DNA of 63,270 nt, the filler included, from Platydemus manokwari (lineage: Eukaryota): assembly GCA_037951405.1 (NCBI GenBank). It is 5 parts of 5 records of this genome, joined end to end, with 100 filler letters (N's around TTAATTAATTAA, not from the genome) between each part and the next. Parts side by side here need not be neighbours in the genome. Positions count along the whole stretch, not along the records: positions 1 to 15,196 come from JBBMOY011325872.1; 4 more parts are not named here. The stretch is one strand, 5' to 3'. Of this stretch, positions 1 to 10,955 are shown in pieces. Numbering within the stretch: the stretch's first letter is position 1; each line of letters opens with the position of its first letter. A program made the translations under genes and the position numbers. Below the pieces are notes generated by a model. That model was not told the DNA's origin, searched no databases, and saw only the letters and a list, made by a program, of their open reading frames with translations.

Positions 1-1369
1 TGTGTGTGAAGACTGATTAAACTTAGACATAATGCTAAGGCAGTAACTAGTACCCTAACCCAATTATACTCCGTCAATTTGCAGTTAGATAAAAAAAACT
101 GGAACTGTGATTAAAATTTTTCTGCCATATAACATCCTTTACGCCCTTCATTCATAACATCAATTTCTGAAAGCTTATATTTAGTCCAGGAAATGAATAA
201 CACAGCTATAGCTAGAAACGATATTATGATTCATGTTATTGTCAAACATAGGTTTTAATACGCGCACATATTTGTTATGAGATCTTTCTATTAGGTTTAT
301 TGTTAATTTAAAAGTAAAATAATAGAATTTCAATATTTTCCATCATATTTACGATTATTACTCATAATTTTAAGAATACTCTGAATGGGATTCCGCGACT
401 TACTGGGTGTTTGTAAAATGTTGTATGCCAATAAAAAATTGAAAAACACTTATTTGAAAAATAAAAAATAAAGATGACTTATTTGTGGTTAAACAATATT
501 TTGGTGTACGCTTTTATCTACATGTCGTCTCATAACTGATTTTCACTTATTCTAAGATGTATTTAAATATTTAAAACTTAGATCTCACAGCACCACTTGA
601 TAGAGGCATAAATCGAAATATTGATTAAGTACGAATGAATTATTATTATTCATAATAATATTAGTTTCGACAAAAATCTTTTATATTGGCTTTTAACTGT
701 GTCAATTCTCCATAAAATTATAATCTTTGCTTGAAAACATGTAACAATTATTTCTACGAATCAAGTATTAATGCAGAACGATATTAATTCTAACCTTAAT
801 AAAGATATTGATTTACATTAATCCGAAATATTGCTACTTGATATTGTTTTTAATAAATTATGGACCAGTTTTGAAGAAAGGGTTTCACTTGTAGAATAAT
901 TGACTTCATTGATTATATTCAGAGATAGGTGAAATTCTCAGAAAAATTATTTGAATACTTTTGGAACCCATTGTCAGTGACTCAGTGACATTTTATTCAT
1001 TTCTATGTTGATACATGTTAAAAATTAGAAATCCCACTTTAAATCATGTTTGACTTGAAAAGATCTCCAAAACATGTATTTGACATACAATTCTGCATGT
1101 TTACCATATAAAAAAAATACTTTTTAAAATGATTTACTAAATCAATTTTTACCTACTTTCTTGTTATCATTTTTGGATCATTTGTCTTACCATTTTTAAT
1201 GAAAATAATTCCAAATATTGCCTCTAAAAGGATATTTGTAGCTTATCTAACAAATAAAACCAACCCTGTTTATTTAAAATTAGATCCTATGATGTAATGA
1301 ATAAATAATTTATTTATTAATCCAGCTTATTGTGAAAATCTTATAGATCTCATCTATAAAATATTGTAG

Positions 1370-2321
1370 ATATAATGAAATATTATTTATTGCTGATACA
1401 TGTCAAGCCGAATCGTTGACACAATTGCTTTATTCGCCAAACATTCTCGGGGTTGGTAGCAGTCGTGTGGGTGAAGATTCACTTTCGGTATGCAATGGTG
1501 TTATTATCGATCAACGTTATTTATTATCACATGATTTATCAGCATCACCGAGATGAGAATATCGGCGTATTTGTTGCAGATCGTTATTCATATTATGCGC
1601 TGGAATTTCTGGAAAATATTCGACCGGATAGCAAGACGTCTTTGGCAGAATTTGTTAGTTTTGAAATTAATCTTAATGACACGATGATTAATATAAATAA
1701 CTATAATATATTAATAATATTATCATAATATAATTAATAATATTTATTATTATAAGATAAACAAACACGAATGAAGAATTAGTAATAATAATCATTATTA
1801 TAACGATAATAGTATCTTAATAGTAATAATATTATATTAGTTTATTAACATCCAGTTATTATTTATTATGATTATTAATTATGATTATTTTTTTATTTTA
1901 TTTATGTGATAATAATATAATTAATAATATTTATATTTATTAGATCATGAAATAAGAATAAATAACTAATAATAATAATCATTATTATTATGGATATAAT
2001 TGTTATTATAATAATAAGATAAAATAATGTTCTATTATTGTTCAGCTGAATGTGTGCCCATATGAAAGATGTCATTCACATGTGACAGTCAGAACGGATC
2101 TTTACCGACGAGATCCTAGAAAAGTTTTGGTGACGGAATTCTTCTCGAATATTAGAGAAGTTGATTTTTCCACCAATATTCAAAAGTTTAATACATCCAT
2201 TCCAAATCCTCAATTTATAGTGTATGCTTTATGTTATTCTTATTATCGATTATTATCATTGTTTTTTAATTATTATTATTATCGTTTGGGATATGATTAT
2301 TTGAAACGAAAATACAGTTAA
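1370..2321 (+). CDS. PIGK: GPI-anchor transamidase catalytic subunit (PIG-K/GPI8), 3' part; exons ~1370-1487, 1543-1653, 2046-2321
   Basis: Spliced translation YNEILFIADTCQAES...YSPNILGVGSSRVGEDSLS|HHRDENIGVFVADRYSYYALEFLE...|LNVCPYERC...RTDLYRRDPRKVLVTEFFS matches the C13-family PIG-K core, including the catalytic DTC cysteine. Introns 1488-1542 and 1654-2045 are GT-AG. 5' exons were not found in the window; the C-terminus is uncertain. Confidence 0.93.
1690..2035. repeat. Low-complexity (AAT/ATT)-rich tract in a PIG-K intron
   Basis: Degenerate taa/tat/aat triplet runs, almost free of G/C. Confidence 0.7.
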
Positions 2322-4808
2322 TACAACAGGTAACGACGGCCATGTGTTGAATGAATGAAAAGTGACTAAACCAATGAGCGAAGTTTAAAAGGGATTGATT
2401 CGGTGTCCTATCCGATGATTATGAGTAGTTAAGCTCATGGTTATTACAGTTATTATTATTGTTGTTGTCATGGTGATATATATTCATAAGTTTTAAAACA
2501 AAGTTGCATGTTTTTAAAATAAAAAATCGATATTTAACAACATTTAATATGTATTGCGCAAAAAACCAAACAACTCGATATCACAGTGCGTTTGACCAAG
2601 TTAAATTGATCGCTGTATGATTAAACCATAATAAGATCAGATTTCGAAGAATTTATCTCCTGAGAGAATATGTACATCCGTGTAATCAATCCACAGCACA
2701 CTAATTTTTAAGTTTTCAATAAAAAGGCTTAAAAAATTATTTTAAAATTTATTAATATCTCGTGATTCGCCGTTATAAATTTAACTCCATTTAAATCAAG
2801 AATATTTTCACAAAGAGCTTCATTAACTGTGTCATATCTGTTTTTATTGGTAATAACAATAATAGACGCCTTCTATTTTTCTCAGGAAATCATATTTATT
2901 TAGAATTTTCACGGAATCGCCTTGTTAGAAGTTATGGGTTTACAAAGCAATATTGTATAAATTAAAGTTGAAATTTTTTTAATAAAAATCTATTTCACGA
3001 CAACCAAACACGAAAGTAACGTTTGAGCTCGATAATTGATGTTTTTCCTCACGTTAATTGATTTTATCCATTATTGATTATAAATAAAATGTTCTGGATC
3101 GTTTCAAATTTATTCCCATAATGCTCCGAAACAATTTTCTCACTGTGAACTTTATTTACGTGATTAATATTATGTTTATTGTACTGAATTTTGGTCAAAT
3201 TTAACAATTTACTATAAGGGGTGCGTAGCTTTGATAATTGAATATTAATAAATTCATACAGCCAGCTCAGTAATAATCCGGTTTAGTTGCTTTTCTGCAA
3301 ATCACTGTCGGATAACACTTCGAATTCACCGTGTTATGCTTCGCTAATTGGTGAATTCGAACTTGCGATTACACACCAATAGGCTGAGTTATAACTGTAT
3401 TTTAGTTCCAATTTAGCACACATTGTATTTATTAAGAGCATTTAAATTTTTTTGTTAATGGTTCAATGATATTTCATTTCAGAAACAGCCCAATTACTTA
3501 CAATGTCGATAATCTGCAGTATTTTCAAGGAACTCTGTAGAGATTTTTGTCATATCGTTTTGTTATTGTTGTGTGTTTTATCTCAATCATGAATTTTAAA
3601 GAATATTATGTATAACCAAGGAAACCAATTTAACAAACCAATAAATAATTATTTAGAATTTTGTTTTTAATATTTTTGTAATAAATTTACCAAACACGGT
3701 TCTTTGTTATAAATTATAATAATAACTATTAATCTATTGTGAGATGAGATTCGAAAAGATTGAAAAAAAATCATATTTACGAAATTCCGCACAATGCGCA
3801 CCAAAATTGTTAACACTATGTACGAGAAGAAAGCTAGTATTGGATAGCAACACTCCTTATCTTCAACAATTTCCGATAGATTTTAGGTAATCGAATAATT
3901 TTAATTATTTTTACTCTACTAAAATTAGGCTATTCATAGTGATGTAATTTCAATCGATTCTATTTCTTGGTTTTCCAAAAACGTCATAAAATTATTTCCA
4001 TTAATTCCTGAGATATTTCTGAAAATCAATTTGTGGCTGGTTTTGATTTAATATCAAAATAGCATAAATTTATTAATATATTCGTGAAACATTTTGATGA
4101 AATTTGTTGTAAAATGTTGAAGTATTTTTGTTGTTTTTGGTGATTATTTCTAAACATTTATCTCTTCATATAGTTTCTTTGGGCGGTTCGACTAAAGGCG
4201 TAGTGAATGACACTACAAAATCACTTTGTTTTTCAATGGACACACAATAATTTTATGTTTTAAAGATGCTGGACAATTAGATGCAACATCATAATTATTG
4301 CATTAAATGTAGGAATTAATTTGATTTTCAAACACTACTACTAATCGAAATGAATAATATTTTTATCAAAGATTTCAACAGCTGATTCTGATAATTGGAA
4401 ATGAATTCCATAGTATAATTAGTTTTCTCAACATTTGGATTAATAAACATTTGGACACAATTTTTTCTACTAAGAAACAAAATAAACTCACAAATTAGCC
4501 ACGAATCCAGAATTACAAATACGTATTTTTATTCAAATGATAATAAGCAGCTGATAATAATAAGGATTTTTTGGATTAATATTTGGAATTGAGATTTCAC
4601 TTCATCCAATGTCGAATTAATCTGCGTCATGCAGAAGAGAAGTGCGCAATAACCGAATATTTAAAGCATTGTGGATTTGCCAATGACAATTTGCCAGCAA
4701 TGTTTTATTTGTAAATATTTATTTTGTATAAATATAAATAACGAATGGTTTCTTTCTTATCAAAAGCAATGCAGCAACAAAAATATTTATATTTTCTACA
4801 ACTACAAA

Positions 4809-6498
4809 TCACGACGAAAAAAATCTGCTCAACGAAACCAATAAGCCACCCATTTCTTCGGAATACGACGAATATTTACGGAATATTTTCTAAAATATTA
4901 TTATCATTATATCTTTTCCAAAAAATGAATTACATTCTCTCCCGTAACGTGTTTTAGATAATTTATTAAGGGATTAATTTTCGGCAATAAGTCCTTGACT
5001 TGATAACCGCTAAATAATTGCATTTCATGATTCCATACGTATTGTATATTTCCATTTCCAATACTTGCCATAAAACACGTACACATGCACACACAAGTCA
5101 ATAAATTGGGAGTTGAAGAAATCATGTTGTCGATCGATAAGGTTATTTCGATTAAATAATAAATTAAAGCTAACAGTTTTTTGGATGATTGCTATAAATT
5201 TAAAAGATCAGATAAAAATAGTGCTGCAAGGAAAAGTAACCTGTAAGAATCTTAGTGAAAATTCCAAAAATTCAACAGGTGTATAAAAATCCAAATCGAA
5301 TTCTAAGCCTTCCATGATGTAAAATTCGCATTGCATTACCAGATTTTTGAAATCGTCAATTTTCATCAACTCATCCATGTCTTCGATTTCCATTATGTTT
5401 CCGTAACGAATTTTTGTTGATAATAATAGGCATGTAGCGAATATAATTTCTTTGTCGTAACTTATTTCACCTTCGTTCATCTGAAATTAGAACAGCAATA
5501 ATATTTTAATACTAATTGGCTATAATAACGTATTAAAAATGTTTATATAGAATGATCTCACCATCATATAAAGTGGAATTATTAGAGTTATTATCAATAT
5601 ATAAATGGAGAAAATCTCAACAGGGTTATTGAAGAGATTATTTTAAAAAAAGCTAAACAAAATCCGACCCGAAAGACGAATTAGTCGTTTAAATCATTGA
5701 TCGGGTCTGAAGAAGATCAAATATGGAGAAACAAAGATAATGAATAACAAATATAATAAATAAAACAGATAACATCGGTTAATAATTTTCAAATCGAAAT
5801 CTCCCTGACAAAAGAGCAATTTCTTAACGAATAAGATGAAATGTTGAAGAATAAAAATGATATTTGTGAAATCCATTCTGGTGTCTAATCAACACAAGCT
5901 CTATATGATGTCGGCATTAAAATTAACAAAAATCAAAGTTATAAAATATACATAGAAGAATTTGTCAAATAGAGCCACTCCGCCAAGCATAGCATCAATG
6001 GGCAACTCTAAACTAAATTGCATTGTGCTTATCCAGGATATGAATTCATGACGATAAATTGCGAATGCTGCCGTTTCCAATTTATTATTCGGCTTTCTCG
6101 GATTGATCAGTTCGTGATTCTGCATATTCTCCATAATGGCAAACGTCTCCGATTGTCGATATTTCATTGCTAACTTCGTAAGCGTATCAACGAAATGTGC
6201 GGGTAGATTTTTCCTGAGTTCATTCCGTTCTTGAAATTGGTCTTGGATACGATCGGACTTTGACGTTTTTGACGTATTGGTTGGTTTTGCAACGTGTTCT
6301 GATTTGCAAAAGGCGACGGTCTTTTTTTTGATTGGTGGTTTTTGGTCATTGAATCGAACAATATTTTGCGACGAAACAACTGTATTGGTATTGATTTCTT
6401 TTAGAGCATTCTACAAATCGATAAATTTATTCCAACATCAATTTAAACAAAAATTAAACTTTTCGTAATTTAATATTTTTTCCTTTGTTTGTATTCAT
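4809..6498 (-). CDS. Divergent A/B-type (mitotic-like) cyclin; exons ~6498-6460, 6410-5952, 5480-5241, 5191-4933, 4889-4809
   Basis: Spliced ORF MNTNKGKNIKLRK|NALKEINTN... continues into an N-terminal cyclin box (YRHEFISWI...GVALFDKFFY|...TCLLLSTK...MQCEFYIMEGLEFDLDFYTPVEFL). A C-terminal cyclin fold follows (LIYYLIEITL...WNHEMQLFSGY...KIFRKYSS). All junctions are GT-AG and in phase. Confidence 0.85.
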
Positions 6499-7189
6499 AA
6501 ATCATAAAAACTTGGAAAATTTAAACAAATTTATGACAGATTATTTATGGATAGATAACTACTAAAAGATAATTCTTTTTAATATGAAACTCAATTAAAA
6601 TAGAAAAATTAAATGTTTCAAAATTCTCATTGTAAATAGACAGAAAACAAAAAAGTTTTATTCATAATTATTTATCAAAATTTTCAAAGCTTTAAATATA
6701 AAAATATAAATTTAACAAAACCAATTCCACTTTGAAATGGGATAATATTATTAAAACAAATCAAAAAAATTTAAAACCAACTTTGAAGTAAATAGTATAC
6801 TTTAAAAATGAATTGTATTTAAATTCATAAAAAATCGATAAAATTTGCCAATATAAATATTTAAAACATTTTATCATTATATTAAGGTTAAAATTAATCC
6901 ATTTATTAAAATCACTTTATTCACTTAAAATTGACTTGGCTTTTGACGATTTTTTTGATTCAAGAAAACGGATCCTTTTACCCAATTTTAATGTGATGAT
7001 TTTCCGTGCGTTATTTGAGATTAAAATTCATTTAAAATCATAACTTAAGGAAATGTTTACATAAATTTCAATTTTAAATGATGAATGAAAAAACATCTTT
7101 AATAAACCTTATATATTATGGATCAAGGTTTCACAAACCTTCGTTTAAATAAAAGCATCATTTTAAATATAAAATATCTATTTAACTAG

Positions 7190-7770
7190 CTTCTAGAGTC
7201 GATGGGCTTCGGTTTGCGGATTAGAAATCAAAAGTAATTATTTCTTAATATCCCTCTCCAATCTTTCAAGAACTCAAATACCATATCTTCGATGTCCGCT
7301 ATTATAATTGCCTCTTCCAAAATCGGCCTCATCAATTTCTACGATGATAAAAGGCCCGCAATTATTTTTCTATGACAAGCTATTTCTTCATAGGCTTGGA
7401 ATCAACAAATTTTAATAAATAATTTTAAATTCTCAGTTTTACTTTAATTAAAATGGTCACTCTTTGCTGATATTTGTTGGCTTATGGAGGTTTTTTGCTA
7501 ATACGCTGTGTGTGAGTCCCGTGCTCCACAAATACCTTATTCAGAATGTCGAAACGGGACAAGAGCGAACTGTTGTATCAAGTCCATATTGAATTCCGAA
7601 ATTTCCTATCTATTTTTGGCATCTCCACTTGCACGATTTATTTGATTTAAATGAAATCTTTGTTTCATTACAGCATTGGCAGGTTTTGGATCTATGCATC
7701 CAATTTATTAAATAGATATCAATATGCTTATTTGAGATACAACACGAGTACTTATTTCCTGACATTCCTC
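7190..7770 (-). mobile_element. Decayed Merlin (IS1595/ISXO2-like) DNA transposase remnant
   Basis: Minus strand reads GPFIIVEIDEADFGRGNYNSGHRR..., matching the Merlin VEIDESxFGxRKYNRG motif. Upstream CxxC...WRC residues are present; stops and frameshifts interrupt it. Confidence 0.8.
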
Positions 7771-7771
7771 A

Positions 7772-8030
7772 ATGTTTAAAAAGTTATTTTTTATAAAACA
7801 ACTCTAAAAATCGTAGATATCGTTCAATTTGCTTCCGATATTGAAAAAAGATGTCCACTCTAATTTTCAATTAATTGTTTTTTGACATATCTTGCCCCGT
7901 TTTTCAAATAATTAATTTTAAGTCGATTTTAAAACTCCTGCGTATATAATATTTGATTATAAGAAACTAAAAATCTTCTCAAGTAATTTAATGAAAATTC
8001 AAAATGTTTTTAAAGAATTTAATTAAATAA
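7772..8030 (+). repeat. Diverged ~260-bp direct repeat, copy 1 (copy 2 at ~10218-10478)
   Basis: Collinear blocks shared by both copies: ttataaaacaa, tcaatttgctt, taattttcaat, gtttttcaaataat, atttgatta, aactaaaa, cttctcaagta, aattaaataa. Confidence 0.8.
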
Positions 8031-8567
8031 ACCATATACACGCACAAATTAAGAAAATTTATTTCAAAACCCTTTTTTAACTTTAGCCGAGTAAATTTTT
8101 AATCAAAAATGACAATTAATGAACAGAATAGCTTTGCATGAACACCCTCTAGCACTAATGATGACATAATAAAGGAATCATATATCAGATTTTAACTGTT
8201 AAAATAATAAAAATAAAATTTTATTACAAAATTCTATCTATACCAGCAGATATATGTCATATTACGTTATTTCTTCAATTAATTATGCTATTAGCAGCCC
8301 TCTCCAAGTAAAAAATTGATTTGTTTTTAATTTTAGACAGTTCATCTTTGAAAATGTTTAACAATAAAAGACAATACTAACGAAATGTATTTGGAACATT
8401 TTTGAATTTATCTGTTAAGATCAATATTTGTTGATAGACGAATGAAAATAATATATTCAATTAATCATGATATGCAACCATTCATTTTCAAAGTTCAAAT
8501 GATTGTTAGTAATGCTAACGGATTTACTAAATTTAAAATAGAAATACATAGCTGATTCATTGTTTTA

Positions 8568-9138
8568 ATGAATAAAAGAATCGACAGGGTGAGTTTATGT
8601 TTAATGAAAATTCTTCATATTTTTTAATTAATTTGTTAACCCTTTTTTTCTGAACGAGATTAAAATCTTTAATAATCAATCAATATTTTATCGATTTTTT
8701 TAAAAAAAACTTTAGGATATTGAAGATTTTCAAAATTTCGCCTTGGCGAGAGTTGAACCGATTATCGGGCATGAAACCACTAAACAGTTTCGAGTCTTCA
8801 TTAATGGCAGAGATAATTCTCCTTATGAAAACAGAATTATTGAACTATTAGTCAAATTTAACAATGAATATCCTTTTAATCCACCTCAAATCACATTTCA
8901 ATCAGATATTATCCATCCGAATTTTTATAGAAATCTGAATATAACCGATGAATATTTGTGCAGTGAATGGTCACCAGCAAGAACTCTAGCATCGATTGTT
9001 CTCGATATTGATGCATTATTATATCATCCAAATTTGAATAGAATTCCCTCGAAGATAATGAAAATGGAGGAAGTAAAAATTTGTGATCATATTTATTTTA
9101 CGAAAACAATTAATCAATTATATTTTGAAACAAATTAA
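8568..9138 (+). CDS. UBE2D-like ubiquitin-conjugating (UBC-fold) protein lacking the catalytic Cys (pseudo-E2 #1); exons 8568-8588, 8716-9138
   Basis: MNKRIDR|DIEDF... (donor gtgagt, acceptor tttag) is in frame with the ORF carrying GRDNSPYE, YPFNPPQITF, HPN and WSPA. The position of the catalytic Cys is Thr (ACC at 8944-8946). Confidence 0.85.
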
Positions 9139-10217
9139 ACGGTGAAAAAATTTTTAAAAAATCCATAAAAAATACGTTGTTAAATGCGTAATTTAATGTA
9201 AACACATCCGTTAAATTATAATAATAAATACTATAAATGATTTACTGATATGACAAATATCTGACGCAACTAATTACAATCGTCTTGTTGCAAAATATGC
9301 TTTAAAATTTATTCATTTTATAAAATCTGTTTTATTTATTTAATTTTTTGTGTTTCCTTAATTATCTTAGTGATTTTATTTCTGGTTTTCACTTTTTCTC
9401 TTCTTTGTATTTTAAGTTGTAATTTTTATCTGAATTCTCTACCATTTTTTCTTTACCCACAGTTCTAATTTTTATCTTTAATTTTTCTTTGGATTTTTGG
9501 TATTTTTGAAAGAGTATTTTATTTTGATTAAATTCGTAAACGATATCAAATTACAAATATATTCTGTTCCCATATCCTACCGGTAAGTAATTGGCGTGGC
9601 AATTATATCATTACGAATTGCTGATCATTTTAAATAACGGTATTGAGAAAGAATTAACAAGCTGTTATAATCTTTTATAAAAGTTTTGATCAGTAACAAT
9701 CAATAATTTAATTATTATATCAATTAAATGACCACAGTTCCATTAATAGTTTATTGTTATAAGTTTTCATTAAATTTTTAAAATAAATTCTCATTGTTGA
9801 GATCAACTTATGATGTTAGGGCTTTTTCCTTAGTCAGATTGATTTGAACAAACCAAAACTTCTCAAACAGGTTAATATATTTTATAATTATTTAAAATTA
9901 AACTTGAATATGATTGGATTAAAAATTAATTACTTGAAAAGTATCCAGTTGTTTTAAAATCCTTTAATATCAATTATTTTGACTTAAGTTAAGAAAAGGG
10001 TTCCTTTGACCTACTTTCGTAATAATGAATTTTCGAGCATTTGACAATTTTATAACTTAATGTTTGATTTATTCAGTTTATATCTTACTTTTTATAATGT
10101 CTAATGGGGACATAGATTAAAAAAAAAATTCTATTTTAATCACCCAACTTCTATATCATCATTTGAGTTTTTAAATTAAAATTTTTAAAATTATAAATCG
10201 AGTTATTTAACTGAGGC

Positions 10218-10478
10218 ATGTTTAATAATATTTCTTATTTTTATAAAACAATTGTAAAAATTGAGAATATCTCTCAATTTGCTTCGAATGTTAAAAAGGG
10301 GTCCTCTTTAATTTTCAATAAGTTAAAATTTGACCTACTTTGACTCGTTTTTCAAATAATCAAATTCTAAAAGATTTTGAAGCTCCAGCGCATATAAAAT
10401 TTGATTAGAAGCAACTAAAATTCTTCTCAAGTACATAAATAAAAAATTCAAACGTTTTCAAAGAATATAATTAAATAA
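10218..10478 (+). repeat. Diverged ~260-bp direct repeat, copy 2
   Basis: Collinear similarity to 7772-8030. Confidence 0.8.
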
Positions 10479-10571
10479 ACTAGATAAATTTTTGCAAAGC
10501 ACTCCACAAATTCGAAAATATAATTTTAGGACTCTTTTCTTAACTATAACCATGATAAATATTTTCATTAA

Positions 10572-10955
10572 ATGATTGCTTTTAAAAAAATTCAGGCTCT
10601 TACAACTCTTAGAATAAACAACTTTGTGACTATTGAAAGACATCGAGAATTATTCAATGTATTCACAATATCTGTTCAAAATCCAAATGATACGGTTTAT
10701 GGAAATGATATTTTTGATTTTCAAGTAGAATTTACAGATTATCCGAACCAACCACCAGAAGTTATTTTAAGATCAGATATTATCCATCCCAATTTTTATC
10801 AGGATATGAATATAACTGAAGTATATTTTCGAGAAAACTGGACGTCTACATCAAATCTAGAGGGCATCATTATTGAATTTCTCTCCATGATAAATGAGCC
10901 TGATTACACTAACATTCCGTTTTGGATAATCCCGATGATAGAATTGAAAGAATAA
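10572..10955 (+). CDS. UBC-fold protein lacking the catalytic Cys (pseudo-E2 #2), paralog of 8568-9138
   Basis: Motifs NPNDTVY, DYPNQPPEV and SDIIHPNFY, the last identical to paralog 1. The catalytic position is Thr (ACT at 10815-10817). The start may be 10572 or an upstream exon spliced at the ttcag near 10595. Confidence 0.8.
   Translation: MIAFKKIQALTTLRINNFVTIERHRELFNVFTISVQNPNDTVYGNDIFDFQVEFTDYPNQPPEVILRSDIIHPNFYQDMNITEVYFRENWTSTSNLEGIIIEFLSMINEPDYTNIPFWIIPMIELKE

Noticed and set aside
2582-3147. CACAGTG...CACTGTG inverted heptamers suggesting a Transib/RSS-like element
   Set aside because: Only 7 bp match, with no extended TIR, no target-site duplication and no transposase.
6170-6379. 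ORF-track 69-aa protein MFRRKILFDS...
   Set aside because: Alternative frame of the cyclin exon; the true frame (NALKEINTN...) joins MKYRQ without a break.
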